Of a stretch of DNA of 64,000 nt, positions 36,296-44,845 are shown in pieces. Origin of the DNA: an uncultured bacterium (GTDB taxonomy: Bacteria; Bacillota; Clostridia; Christensenellales; UBA1242); contig CASXBC010000003.1 in the NCBI GenBank assembly GCA_949474265.1, positions 14,083 through 78,082 of the forward strand, given 5' to 3'. Positions within the stretch are counted from its first letter, which is position 1, and each line of letters starts with the position of its first letter. Under the pieces are notes generated by a model. It saw only the letters and a list, made by a program, of their open reading frames with translations. It had not been told where the DNA came from and did no database searches. The position numbers and the translations under genes were made by a program.

Positions 36296-37339
36296 CTACT
36301 CAATAAACATTGCATCACCAAAACTGAAGAATCTATATTTTTCATTAACTGCAGTTTTGTAAATGTTGAGAGTTTTGTCAATATCACCAACAAATGCTGA
36401 AACCAACATGATAAGAGTGCTTTCTGGCAAATGGAAATTTGTTATTAAAGCGTCTACCATCTTGAATTTATATGGTGGATAGATAAAGATTTTTGTTTCT
36501 CGCGTTTGTGGTTGAAGTTTTCCATTTTCATCTGTTCCACTTTCCAAAACTCTGACAGAAGTTGTGCCAACAGCAACAATTCTTCTTCCCTCAGCTTTTG
36601 CTTTGTTTATTTTTGTTGCAACATCTTCTGTGATTTCTATATATTCTGAGTGCATTTCATGATTTAAGATATTGTCCTCTTTTACAGGTCTAAATGTCCC
36701 AAGTCCTACATGAAGCAACACTTCCAGCACTTCAACACCTTTCTCTTTCAATTTTTGTAATAGTTCTGGTGTGAAATGCAGTCCAGCAGTTGGAGCTGCA
36801 CTTGAGCCATCAACTTTTGCATAAACAGTTTGATAGCGTGTTTGGTTTTTAAGCTTTTCTTTTATATATGGAGGTAATGGCATTGTGCCGATTTCCATAA
36901 GATGTTCTTCAAAGCTCTTGCTGTTGTTATATTCAAATTTAACCTTGCAAGCACCATATTCTCCCTTTTCTAAGATAGAACATTTGATGTTTTCATTGAA
37001 AACTACTTCTGTGCCAATTTCAAGTCTCTTTGCAGGTTTACATATTGCTTCCCAAATTTTTAAATCAATTCTTTTTTGAAGCAGAATTTCAATCTTTGCT
37101 CCTGTCTCATGTTTAAACCCATACAATCTAGCAGGCAAAACCTTGCTGTTGTTTACAACAAGCACATCCCCTTTTTCAAGTTTATCTATTATATCATAAA
37201 AATGGATATGTTCTATTTTTTCAGATTTTCTGTCATAACAAAACAGTCTTGAATGGTCACGTGGTTCAATTGGTGTTTGAGCAATTTGTTCCTCTGGCAA
37301 ATCATAGTAATAAGTGCTTCTTAACAATTCTCTTTGCAT
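36296..37339 (-). CDS. queA: S-adenosylmethionine:tRNA ribosyltransferase-isomerase
   Basis: 347 aa. YDLPEEQIAQTPIEPRD, AAPTAGLHFT, GTTSVRVLES. Confidence 0.96.
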   Translation of the reverse strand: MQRELLRSTYYYDLPEEQIAQTPIEPRDHSRLFCYDRKSEKIEHIHFYDIIDKLEKGDVLVVNNSKVLPARLYGFKHETGAKIEILLQKRIDLKIWEAICKPAKRLEIGTEVVFNENIKCSILEKGEYGACKVKFEYNNSKSFEEHLMEIGTMPLPPYIKEKLKNQTRYQTVYAKVDGSSAAPTAGLHFTPELLQKLKEKGVEVLEVLLHVGLGTFRPVKEDNILNHEMHSEYIEITEDVATKINKAKAEGRRIVAVGTTSVRVLESGTDENGKLQPQTRETKIFIYPPYKFKMVDALITNFHLPESTLIMLVSAFVGDIDKTLNIYKTAVNEKYRFFSFGDAMFIE

Positions 37340-37962
37340 TAAATAAACTCCTTTTTTATAACTTCATAGAGTTTATTGGCTAAAATCAAATGGCTTTTTT
37401 CTGTAAAGTGTATCCCATCTTCACCGGTTTCCAATCCAATGTTGTCAACAAACAGACAATTATTTTTTATTGCAAGCTCTTTATAAGCAGTATTGAAACT
37501 TTGTGATTTTTCTTTAGCACCTTTAAACTTATCGACTATATCTTCAACTTTGTTTGGTGCAACAATAATAATTTTTGGAGTTTTACATAAATCTCCGGAT
37601 ATATTCTCTCTTAAATTTTTGATAAAATTATTTTCAATATTTTTTGCTGACATTTCTGGAGTTGCATTAAATTCGTCTTTCATATCATTGACACCAAGCA
37701 TAATAACAAGAAAATCTAGAGGGTCATGAGATAAAACGCAGGAAGGAAAAGTTAATGCTCCATTTCTATTTCCTCGTGGGAATTTTATATCATCAAAACC
37801 TGTGTTTCTGCCACGAAACCCTTCTTCAACAATTTCAAAATTGTCACCCAATTTTTTGGCAAGAAGCTTTATCCAACGAGTGTTTTCATCATATCTGCCA
37901 CCCCAAGTGCAAGGTATTGTTCCCCAAGTGTTTGAGTCACCATAACATAAAATTCTAATCAT
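37339..37962 (-). CDS. SGNH/GDSL-family hydrolase
   Basis: 207 aa. ILCYGDSNTWG block I and GVND block III. Confidence 0.8.
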   Translation of the reverse strand: MIRILCYGDSNTWGTIPCTWGGRYDENTRWIKLLAKKLGDNFEIVEEGFRGRNTGFDDIKFPRGNRNGALTFPSCVLSHDPLDFLVIMLGVNDMKDEFNATPEMSAKNIENNFIKNLRENISGDLCKTPKIIIVAPNKVEDIVDKFKGAKEKSQSFNTAYKELAIKNNCLFVDNIGLETGEDGIHFTEKSHLILANKLYEVIKKEFI

Positions 37963-37987
37963 TATTAACCTCTATATTAGATTTAAT

Positions 37988-38989
37988 TTAGTTTCCTGGA
38001 AAAGTTATTCCAAGATGGTTGTAAGCATTTTCAAGAGCGACTCTTCCCCTTGGAGTGCGTGCAACAAATCCAAGTTGAAGAAGATAAGGCTCGTAAACAT
38101 CTTCAATTGTGCTGGCATCTTCGCAGATTGTTGCAGACAGAGTGTCAAGACCAACAGGACCTCCGCCAAATTTGTAGATGATACTCTCCAAAATTTTTCT
38201 GTCAATAAAGTCAAGCCCCAAATCATCAATTTCCATTTTTGCAAGAGCTTGGTCGGCAATATCTTTTGTTATTTTGCCTGACCCCATTACCTCGGCATAA
38301 TCTCTCACACGTTTAAGAAGTCTGTTTGCAATACGAGGAGTCCCTCTAGAACGCTTAGCTATGTTTAAACTTGCTTGTTCGTCTATTTCAATTTTCAATA
38401 TTTTTGCTGAGCGTGTAACAATCTCTTGAAGCTCCACATCATTGTATAATTCAAGCCTACTAATAACTCCAAATCTATCTCTCAGTGGACTTGTCAGCAT
38501 ACCTGCTCTGGTTGTTGCACCAATGAGCGTGAAAGGTTGGATTTTTAGACGCATATTTTTTGCTGAAGGTCCTTTTCCAACAATAAAATCAAGAGCAAAA
38601 TCCTCCATAGCTGGATAAAGTATTTCTTCAACACTTTTGTTTAATCTGTGTATTTCATCAATAAAGAGCACATCATTTTTGCCAAGATTTGTGAGAATAG
38701 CAGCAAGGTCAGCGGCATGCTCTATAGCTGGTCCTGATGTTACTTTAAATTGAGAGCCAAGCTCATTTGCTATGATATGAGACAAAGTTGTCTTTCCAAG
38801 TCCTGGAGGTCCATATAAAAGAACATGGTCAAGAGAGTCTTTTCTTGACTTTGCAGCTTTGATATAAATCTCCAAACTCTCTTTAACTTTTGTTTGTCCA
38901 ACATAGTCTTTAAGACTTGTTGGTCTAAGAGAATTTTCAATTTCAGCATCAGTCCAATTTTTTGTGCTTGTAATAAATCTGTCCTCCAT
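37988..38989 (-). CDS. ruvB: Holliday junction branch migration helicase RuvB
   Basis: [30 protein letters not shown]. Start set at the ATG at 38989 (AGGAGG 4 nt upstream). The track extension [10 protein letters not shown] is encoded by the repeat element. Confidence 0.96.
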   Translation of the reverse strand: MEDRFITSTKNWTDAEIENSLRPTSLKDYVGQTKVKESLEIYIKAAKSRKDSLDHVLLYGPPGLGKTTLSHIIANELGSQFKVTSGPAIEHAADLAAILTNLGKNDVLFIDEIHRLNKSVEEILYPAMEDFALDFIVGKGPSAKNMRLKIQPFTLIGATTRAGMLTSPLRDRFGVISRLELYNDVELQEIVTRSAKILKIEIDEQASLNIAKRSRGTPRIANRLLKRVRDYAEVMGSGKITKDIADQALAKMEIDDLGLDFIDRKILESIIYKFGGGPVGLDTLSATICEDASTIEDVYEPYLLQLGFVARTPRGRVALENAYNHLGITFPGN

Positions 38990-38999
38990 TATTCCTCCT

Positions 39000-39051
39000 A
39001 AATATTGTGTATTATTCAATAAAACAATTTGAACAACACCTCAATATATTG
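39000..39051. repeat. Palindromic-family copy I (full tail-to-tail unit)
   Basis: AAATATTGTGTATTATTCAA-taaaacaat-TTGAACAACACCTCAATATATTG. Confidence 0.8.
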
Positions 39052-39065
39052 ATTTTTGATTAAAT

Positions 39066-39671
39066 TTATCTTCCGAGTTCTCTCAAGACTTTTAAGATGA
39101 TTTCTTCTGCAGTTATGTTTGCATCTGCTTTGCTTCTTGCAAGCCTGTAAGCTTCATTTTTGTTTACCCCAAGAGTTATAAGTGTTTCAACTGCATCATT
39201 GAGTGCATTTTCGTTGTAGTCTGCACCTGCCATAACATTCGCCATGTCATCAAGACTGAGAGAAGTTGTGCTGACTTTGTCTTTAAGCTCCAAACAAATC
39301 CTTTCGGCACCCTTTTTGCCAAGTCCTTTAATTTTTGAAAGAGAATTTGAATCTTCATTTAAGATTGCGATTATTAAATCAGATAATTTCATCCCTGAAA
39401 GAATACCAATTGCAATCTTTGGTCCAATTCCAGACACTGTTATAAGCTTTAAAAACAATGCTTTTTCCTCTTCAGAGCCAAAACCATACAAAGTCACTCC
39501 TGTGTTTTCACTTACTTGAAGATAAGTCAAGATTTTTATGGTTTCGCCCACATTTGGAAGAGTGATGAGAGTGTTGTTTGAAATTGCAAGCTCATAGCCT
39601 ACGCCATTAACATCCAAAATAAGAGTATTTTCATTTTTATATTCAATTGTTCCAACCAAAAAGGCAATCAT
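39066..39671 (-). CDS. ruvA: Holliday junction DNA helicase RuvA
   Basis: 201 aa. LITVSGIGPKIA and IKGLGKKGAERI HhH motifs. Confidence 0.95.
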   Translation of the reverse strand: MIAFLVGTIEYKNENTLILDVNGVGYELAISNNTLITLPNVGETIKILTYLQVSENTGVTLYGFGSEEEKALFLKLITVSGIGPKIAIGILSGMKLSDLIIAILNEDSNSLSKIKGLGKKGAERICLELKDKVSTTSLSLDDMANVMAGADYNENALNDAVETLITLGVNKNEAYRLARSKADANITAEEIILKVLRELGR

Positions 39672-39687
39672 TTAGGCTCTCCTTATA

Positions 39688-40179
39688 TCAATAAATTCTG
39701 TTTATGTTTAAGTTTGGATTGATTTGACTGTGACAAAGTGCAACAGCCAAAGCATCAGCTGCATCATCAGGTTTAGGCACTTTTTCAAGACCAAGCACGT
39801 TTTTGACCATAAATTGCATCTGTTTTTTTTCTGCACGTCCATTGCCTGTGAGAGCTTGTTTGATTTGCATAGGAGTATACTCAAAAATTCTCTCACAATA
39901 TTTGTGAGCAGTAAGCACAATCACCCCTCTTGCTTCAGCAACAGGAATAACAGTTGTTTGATTTCTGAAATAAAACAATTCTTCAATTGCAACTTCATCT
40001 GGTTTATAGGTTTCAAAAAGCACCCTAAATGCCTCTTCAATATGTTGAAGTCTGACCGGAAAAGTGTCCTCTTTTGGTGTTTCAATCACCCCATAATCAA
40101 CTACAGCATTGTCTCTGTGTGTGTCAATAATGCCAAAACCAACAATTCCATAACCTGGGTCAATTCCTAAAATTCTCAT
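39688..40179 (-). CDS. ruvC: Crossover junction endodeoxyribonuclease RuvC
   Basis: 163 aa. MRILGIDPGYG and DAADALAVALCH. Confidence 0.95.
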   Translation of the reverse strand: MRILGIDPGYGIVGFGIIDTHRDNAVVDYGVIETPKEDTFPVRLQHIEEAFRVLFETYKPDEVAIEELFYFRNQTTVIPVAEARGVIVLTAHKYCERIFEYTPMQIKQALTGNGRAEKKQMQFMVKNVLGLEKVPKPDDAADALAVALCHSQINPNLNINRIY

Positions 40180-40185
40180 AGTCTT

Positions 40186-40215
40186 ATTTTAATGTAAATA
40201 AGGGCATTTTGTCAA
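40186..40215 (-). promoter_or_regulatory. Sigma-A promoter giving a probably leaderless ruvC transcript
   Basis: TTGACA-18-TAAAAT, then 6 nt (aagact) to the ATG at 40179. No SD. Confidence 0.55.
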
Positions 40216-40229
40216 ACAAAAACCCATGC

Positions 40230-40267
40230 AAATAAAAATCACTTCATTTAAAAATTAAATGAAGTGA
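40230..40267 (-). terminator. Rho-independent terminator after def
   Basis: TCACTTCATTTAA / TTAAATGAAGTGA 13-bp stem, with TTTTTATTT on the minus strand. Confidence 0.8.
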
Positions 40268-40287
40268 CAATAATAATATATATTTTT

Positions 40288-40890
40288 TTATTTTGTTTTC
40301 AAACTTTTGTTTTGAGTGAAAGGTGTAATTTTTCCATATTCAAATGGGCAGTCTTTTGAAATAATTTTATAAGGATTTTTATCTCTATAAGATTTTCTAT
40401 CTTTTTCATTCATATCAATAAATGACTTTGCTCTATCCATGTGGAAGATTCCATCCAAGTGGTCAATTTCATGAGAAAGAACAGTCGCACTGAAACCTTC
40501 AAAAGTTTCTCTGTGATTTTTACCATTCAAATCTTGATAAGCAACTTCAATAGCATAAGGTCTTTCAACCACAGCCCAATATTGCAAGCAACTTTGACAC
40601 CCTTCCAAAAATTCGGTGCGACCTTTTTTTGAAAGAATAACAGGATTAACCATTGTAATGTGATTGCTTCCAATTTCAGAACGGTCATCTGGGTCAGTGT
40701 TTTTAACAAAAATCAGTCTTTTTGCAATTCCAATTTGCACAGAAGCCATGGCAAAGACCTTGTTGGCAAGAGTGTATTCTTTAAGGTCCTCAAAATTTTG
40801 TTTCAAATCTGCGTCAGGGAAAACAACTTCTTTTGAAATTTGTCTTAAAAATGGCTCATTATCTTTGATGGTAACAAGTTCTCTCATCAT
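40288..40890 (-). CDS. def: Peptide deformylase-like protein (divergent motif 1, long C-terminal tail)
   Basis: 200 aa. EGCQS and HEIDHLDG are present. The GxGxAAxQ position reads FAMASVQIG. The start overlaps the upstream ORF (ATGA). Confidence 0.75.
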   Translation of the reverse strand: MMRELVTIKDNEPFLRQISKEVVFPDADLKQNFEDLKEYTLANKVFAMASVQIGIAKRLIFVKNTDPDDRSEIGSNHITMVNPVILSKKGRTEFLEGCQSCLQYWAVVERPYAIEVAYQDLNGKNHRETFEGFSATVLSHEIDHLDGIFHMDRAKSFIDMNEKDRKSYRDKNPYKIISKDCPFEYGKITPFTQNKSLKTK

Positions 40891-41261
40891 TTCTCCTCAT
40901 TATCTTTTTCTGTTCGTGTGATAGGCTCATAAAACCTTTTCTTTAAATTCTGAATTTCTTTTTGTTTTTTCCTTCTCTTTTTAGTGACAAAATAGAATAT
41001 AAGATGTGCAGTCAGAATAAAGAGCCCACTTCCAAGCAAAGCAGAGCCTACAATAATATCCCTTTTGCTTTCTTGTGACAAAAGAAAAACAGCTCCTATA
41101 ATTATTGAAATCATGACATACAGAGAAATGAGCATTCCAAATGCTATTAAACATCCTTTTTGCCATTTCTTAAGTGATTTTCCGTATGGCAATGTTGACA
41201 TCACAAAATTTACATACATGGTGCCAAAGATTTCTGTGAGAAGTTCCAGCAAAAGCTCCAT
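40887..41261 (-). CDS. Small membrane protein (124 aa, 3 TM, basic tail)
   Basis: Hydrophobic segments and translational coupling to def. No family recognised. Confidence 0.5.
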   Translation of the reverse strand: MELLLELLTEIFGTMYVNFVMSTLPYGKSLKKWQKGCLIAFGMLISLYVMISIIIGAVFLLSQESKRDIIVGSALLGSGLFILTAHLIFYFVTKKRRKKQKEIQNLKKRFYEPITRTEKDNEEK

Positions 41262-41267
41262 CAGAGA

Positions 41268-41996
41268 TTATTCCTCGTCAGGAAGATTTACATTGTGATA
41301 AACTTCTTGAACATCATCCAAATCTTCAAGAGCATCAATCATTCTTTGGAATTTTGGAAGTTGTTCATTATTTAAGTCAACATACATGTCTGGTACAAGT
41401 TCTGTGTCAGCTGAAACAACATTATATCCCTTTGCAGAGAGAGCGTCTCTCATTTCATTATGCTTATTTGGCTCTGTAATGATTTCAACACTGTCCTCAT
41501 CTTCAGAAACATCAACAGCCCCTGCTTCAATTGCGTCAAGCATCAAACTTTCAATATCTTTTGCATCAACAACTAAAACAACACCTTTACGATTGAAAAG
41601 ATAAGACACACAACCAAGCGAGCCAAGTGCTCCGCCATGTTTATCAAAAGCGTGTCTGACATCTCCTGCAGTACGATTTTTGTTGTCGGTCAAACACTCG
41701 ACAATGACAGCAGAACCACCAACTCCATAGCCTTCATAGGTTTGTGCTTCATAGTTTACACCGCTAAGTTCTCCAGATGCTTTTTTGATTGACCTTTCAA
41801 TATTGTCATTTGGCATATTGTTGTCTTTAGCTTTTTGAATAATATCTTTAAGTTTGCTATTTACATTTGGGTCTGGTCCTCCTGCTTTAACACAGACAGC
41901 AAGTTCTCTTCCAATTTTTGTGAATATTTTGCCTCTAGCGGCATCAGTTTTTCCTTTTTTAGCTTGAATATTATGCCATTTTGAATGTCCAGACAT
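41268..41996 (-). CDS. yebC: YebC/PmpR-family transcriptional regulator
   Basis: 242 aa. MSGHSKWHNIQAKKGKTDAARGKIFTK. Confidence 0.93.
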   Translation of the reverse strand: MSGHSKWHNIQAKKGKTDAARGKIFTKIGRELAVCVKAGGPDPNVNSKLKDIIQKAKDNNMPNDNIERSIKKASGELSGVNYEAQTYEGYGVGGSAVIVECLTDNKNRTAGDVRHAFDKHGGALGSLGCVSYLFNRKGVVLVVDAKDIESLMLDAIEAGAVDVSEDEDSVEIITEPNKHNEMRDALSAKGYNVVSADTELVPDMYVDLNNEQLPKFQRMIDALEDLDDVQEVYHNVNLPDEE

Positions 41997-42069
41997 TTTT
42001 GTTCTCCTTCTAGTTTAATTTACTATACTATGATAATATATATTTTACATCATTGTCAAATCAATAGTA

Positions 42070-42104
42070 GAAAAAACAAAGGAAGTATTAAAACTTCCTT
42101 TTGT
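42070..42104 (-). terminator. Rho-independent terminator overlapping the stop codon of the methyltransferase gene
   Basis: ACAAAAGGAAGT-tttaat-ACTTCCTTTGT plus TTTTTT on the minus strand. Confidence 0.7.
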
Positions 42105-42855
42105 TTATTTCGTACATTATTATTGAACCTGACACTCCTGCATTAAGGCTTTCAATACCCTCTCTCATTGGGATTTTGACGGTTTTATAGCAAATTTTTT
42201 CAATTTCATTACAAACACCGTTGCCTTCATTTCCAACAACAACTCCAAGCAATTGAGTTGACTCTTTGTTTGAATAAAACTCATCTGCAAATGTAAATAT
42301 ATTTTCACCATTCATATCTGTCATGATAAGTTTGAGTTGATTTTTCTTTGCAAATTCAACAAATTCTGCTTTTGTCATCTCAAATACTTTACTGTCAAAA
42401 ACTGCACCAACAGAACTTCTAATAAGTTTTTCATTTTGTTTTCTTACAGAATCCAACAAAAAGATATACTCAAATCCAGATGCTTTTGCTGTACGTATAA
42501 GAGTGCCAACATTTCCTGGGTCTTGCAAACTGTCCAAAACAAGAAAATTTGTTTTTGGCATTTCTACTTTATGTTGTATAAGGTATGCAACGCATAATAC
42601 TTTCTGTGGTGTTTTTGTACCAGACAAAATTTCAATTGTTTTGGCATCTGTATGATAGGTTTCAATCCCATTACAGTCAATATTAAGAGTTTTAAAAGCT
42701 TCTTCATCAAGACATGTAAGAATGTGCTTTGCATCAATAGTTTTGTTTGTGCAAGCATCTCTTATAATTTTTACATTGTCTAAAAAAAGCAAAGACTTGT
42801 TTTCGTGCTTTTGCTTTTTTAAGTTTGATATGAAGTTTTTGCTAGCATTTTCCAT
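42088..42855 (-). CDS. TrmH/SpoU-family RNA 2'-O-methyltransferase
   Basis: 255 aa. LQDPGNVGTLIRTA, GNEGNGV, IPMREGIESLNAGVSGSI. Confidence 0.85.
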   Translation of the reverse strand: MENASKNFISNLKKQKHENKSLLFLDNVKIIRDACTNKTIDAKHILTCLDEEAFKTLNIDCNGIETYHTDAKTIEILSGTKTPQKVLCVAYLIQHKVEMPKTNFLVLDSLQDPGNVGTLIRTAKASGFEYIFLLDSVRKQNEKLIRSSVGAVFDSKVFEMTKAEFVEFAKKNQLKLIMTDMNGENIFTFADEFYSNKESTQLLGVVVGNEGNGVCNEIEKICYKTVKIPMREGIESLNAGVSGSIIMYEINKRKF

Positions 42856-42921
42856 ACTTATTCTCCTGATTTTTGAGTTTGAATGCCTTGGATATGCTTT
42901 GACATAAAATTATAAATTAAT

Positions 42922-43269
42922 TTATGCCTTTTTTGCAACTTCAACAAGATTTGAAAATGCAGCTGGTTCTCTAACTGCCATGTCTGCAAGCACTTTTCTG
43001 TTGAGAGTTACATTTGCTTTCTTGAGACCATTGATAAATCTGCTGTATGAAATATCATTGAGTCTGCAAGCAGCATTAATTCTTGTTATCCAAAGAGCTC
43101 TGAAATCTCTCTTCTTTTGTTTTCTTCCAATGTAAGCATATTGTCCGCTCTTCATAACTTGCTCTCTAGCTGTTCTGTAGAGTTTGCTCTTTGCTCCAAA
43201 ATAACCTTTGGCTTGTTTTAAAATCTTTCTACGCTTTTTTGCTGCGTTTACGCCTCTTTTAATTCTCAT
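42922..43269 (-). CDS. rplT: 50S ribosomal protein L20
   Basis: 115 aa. [25 protein letters not shown]. Confidence 0.98.
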   Translation of the reverse strand: MRIKRGVNAAKKRRKILKQAKGYFGAKSKLYRTAREQVMKSGQYAYIGRKQKKRDFRALWITRINAACRLNDISYSRFINGLKKANVTLNRKVLADMAVREPAAFSNLVEVAKKA

Positions 43270-43282
43270 TGTTCCCTCCTAA

Positions 43283-43477
43283 TTACTTGCAAAGCAATGT
43301 CTTGATATTGTTGGCATTCTTTCCAGCGATATAAGACCCTTTTCTGAGTTTTCTTTTTCTTCCTTGATTTTTTGTTGTCAAGAAGTGACCTTTGTTTGGT
43401 CTAGCAAATTTTACTTTTCCTGTTCCAGTGAGTGAAAATCTTTTCTTAGCACCACTGTGTGTTTTCATTTTAGGCAT
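43283..43477 (-). CDS. rpmI: 50S ribosomal protein L35
   Basis: 64 aa. MPKMKTHSGAKKRF. Confidence 0.98.
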   Translation of the reverse strand: MPKMKTHSGAKKRFSLTGTGKVKFARPNKGHFLTTKNQGRKRKLRKGSYIAGKNANNIKTLLCK

Positions 43478-43491
43478 TTTCTTTTCTCCTT

Positions 43492-44007
43492 TTACTTAAC
43501 TTTTTTTGGATTGATTACGACAGAGACATTTCTTCCCATAATTGCTGGGTCTTTTTCAATAAAACCATAATCTGCCAAATCAGCAACAAATTTTTTCACA
43601 ATTTCAACAGCATTTTGTGAATAAGCTTGTTCTCTTCCTCTCATTCTGAGTGAGACTTTTACTTTGTCACCTTCTTGAAGAATTTTTTGAGCATTTTTAA
43701 GCTTGAAACTTACGTGATATTCATCAATACGCATTGAAAGTTGAATTTCCTTAATTTCGCTTATTTTTTGATTTTTGCGAAGTTCTTTCTCTTTCTTAAC
43801 CGCATCAAATTTAAATTTACCATAATCCATAAGTTTGCAAACAGGTGGATTTCCGTTTGGATTCATCATCACAAGGTCAACTCCATTTTTGTCTGCCATT
43901 GCTTGTGCATCTGCAGTTGACAAAACTCCAAGTTGCTCCCCTTCTTCTCCGATAACTCTAACTTCTTTTGCTGTGATTTGATTGTTAATCATTAATTCCT
44001 TGAAAAT
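43492..44007 (-). CDS. infC: Translation initiation factor IF-3 (probable AUU start)
   Basis: EVRVIGEEGEQLGV, DLVMMNPNGNPPVCKLMDYGKFKF. In-frame ATT at 44007 lies 9 nt after GGAG. The ATG at 43992 has only 3 nt after AAGGAA. Confidence 0.9.
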   Translation of the reverse strand: MFKELMINNQITAKEVRVIGEEGEQLGVLSTADAQAMADKNGVDLVMMNPNGNPPVCKLMDYGKFKFDAVKKEKELRKNQKISEIKEIQLSMRIDEYHVSFKLKNAQKILQEGDKVKVSLRMRGREQAYSQNAVEIVKKFVADLADYGFIEKDPAIMGRNVSVVINPKKVK

Positions 44008-44020
44008 TGTCGTAATCTCC

Positions 44021-44160
44021 TTTTAAAATAAAAATGTGGTAGGACGTAAAAATCCCACCACAAAAATAAAGAATAAAAACATTTAATATTCAAAATTTTT
44101 GACCATATCAAAACAAAATTCGATAGGTGAGAAGCAGGACTTCTACTTTCTTACTCACCT
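44021..44160 (-). promoter_or_regulatory. L20-leader-like attenuator upstream of infC-rpmI-rplT
   Basis: 5' hairpin AGGTGAG...CTCACCT and terminator GTGGTGGGA-tttttacg-TCCTACCAC plus ATTTTTATTTT ahead of the infC RBS. Position matches the Firmicute L20 leader. Confidence 0.55.
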
Positions 44161-44190
44161 AATATAACATAAATTGAGAAGCAGTGTCAA
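44161..44190 (-). promoter_or_regulatory. Sigma-A promoter of the infC operon
   Basis: TTGACA-18-TATATT on the minus strand. Confidence 0.6.
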
Positions 44191-44768
44191 TGTTTTTTTT
44201 CATTTTTCTTTTTTATTTTATATTTTTTTCTATTTTTTTTCTTTAACAACAGTGTTTTAGGAGAAAACTCCAAGAGTTTTGCTGTTTTTATAACAACATT
44301 TTCCGCATTTGAGACGGCATAACCTTTCATGATTGCTTTACAAAAAATTGTCAGACCAGCAATCAAGGAACTTACCACGCAGGTTACGATAAAATAAATG
44401 TTTGGCTCGGTTATGTGCATACTTAAAACCAAACTCACACCCCCAGCTCCACTTAAAATACCACATATATCTCCCACAACATCACCACAAAAAGAAGAGA
44501 CTTTTTCGGTGTTTAATGCAAGTCTCATTGCGGTTTCATAGCCCTTTGTATCCTTAAATTGATTTAGCTTGTCCATATCTGTTGAAGTAACTGCCACCCC
44601 AACCATATCAAACACTGTGCTTAACACAATGAAAAAGACAATGACAAAGATTGACATTACAACTGACAAGTGAGGAAATAAGCTTTGTGAAATTACGCTA
44701 AACACAATAGAAAGACAAATTGACAAAATAAAGGTTTTTAATGCCCATCTGGTGCTGTTTTGTTTCAT
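44187..44768 (-). CDS. Membrane protein (193 aa), possibly DUF21/CNNM-TM-like
   Basis: 4 TM. The segment VAVTSTDMDKLNQFKDTKGYETAMRLALNTEKVSSF loosely resembles the DUF21 loop. Lys-rich tail. Confidence 0.45.
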   Translation of the reverse strand: MKQNSTRWALKTFILSICLSIVFSVISQSLFPHLSVVMSIFVIVFFIVLSTVFDMVGVAVTSTDMDKLNQFKDTKGYETAMRLALNTEKVSSFCGDVVGDICGILSGAGGVSLVLSMHITEPNIYFIVTCVVSSLIAGLTIFCKAIMKGYAVSNAENVVIKTAKLLEFSPKTLLLKKKNRKKYKIKKKNEKKH

Positions 44769-44773
44769 AGATT

Positions 44774-44779
44774 ATTATA
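44774..44779 (-). promoter_or_regulatory. -10 box 5 nt from the ATG (possible leaderless start; weak -35)
   Basis: TATAAT-aatct-ATG on the minus strand. No SD. Confidence 0.3.
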
Positions 44780-44811
44780 TTAAAATTTGGCGAGTTTTAG
44801 GACAATAATTC

Positions 44812-44845
44812 AACAAAAAAAGAGGCTTTTAAAAGCCTCTTTTTA
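44812..44845. terminator. Bidirectional Rho-independent terminator
   Basis: AAAAAGAGGCTTTT/AAAAGCCTCTTTTT palindrome flanked by A- and T-runs, immediately after the stop of the 887-aa gene. Confidence 0.85.

Noticed and set aside
42018-42046. Possible dif site ACTATGATAATATATATTTTACATCAT, which resembles ...ATAA-TATATA-TTAT... of Firmicute dif.
   Set aside because: The arm that resembles the XerD half-site (ATGTAAA) is in the wrong orientation relative to the centre. The other arm matches poorly. The locus is not at the strand-bias switch, and the sequence also overlaps the yebC promoter.
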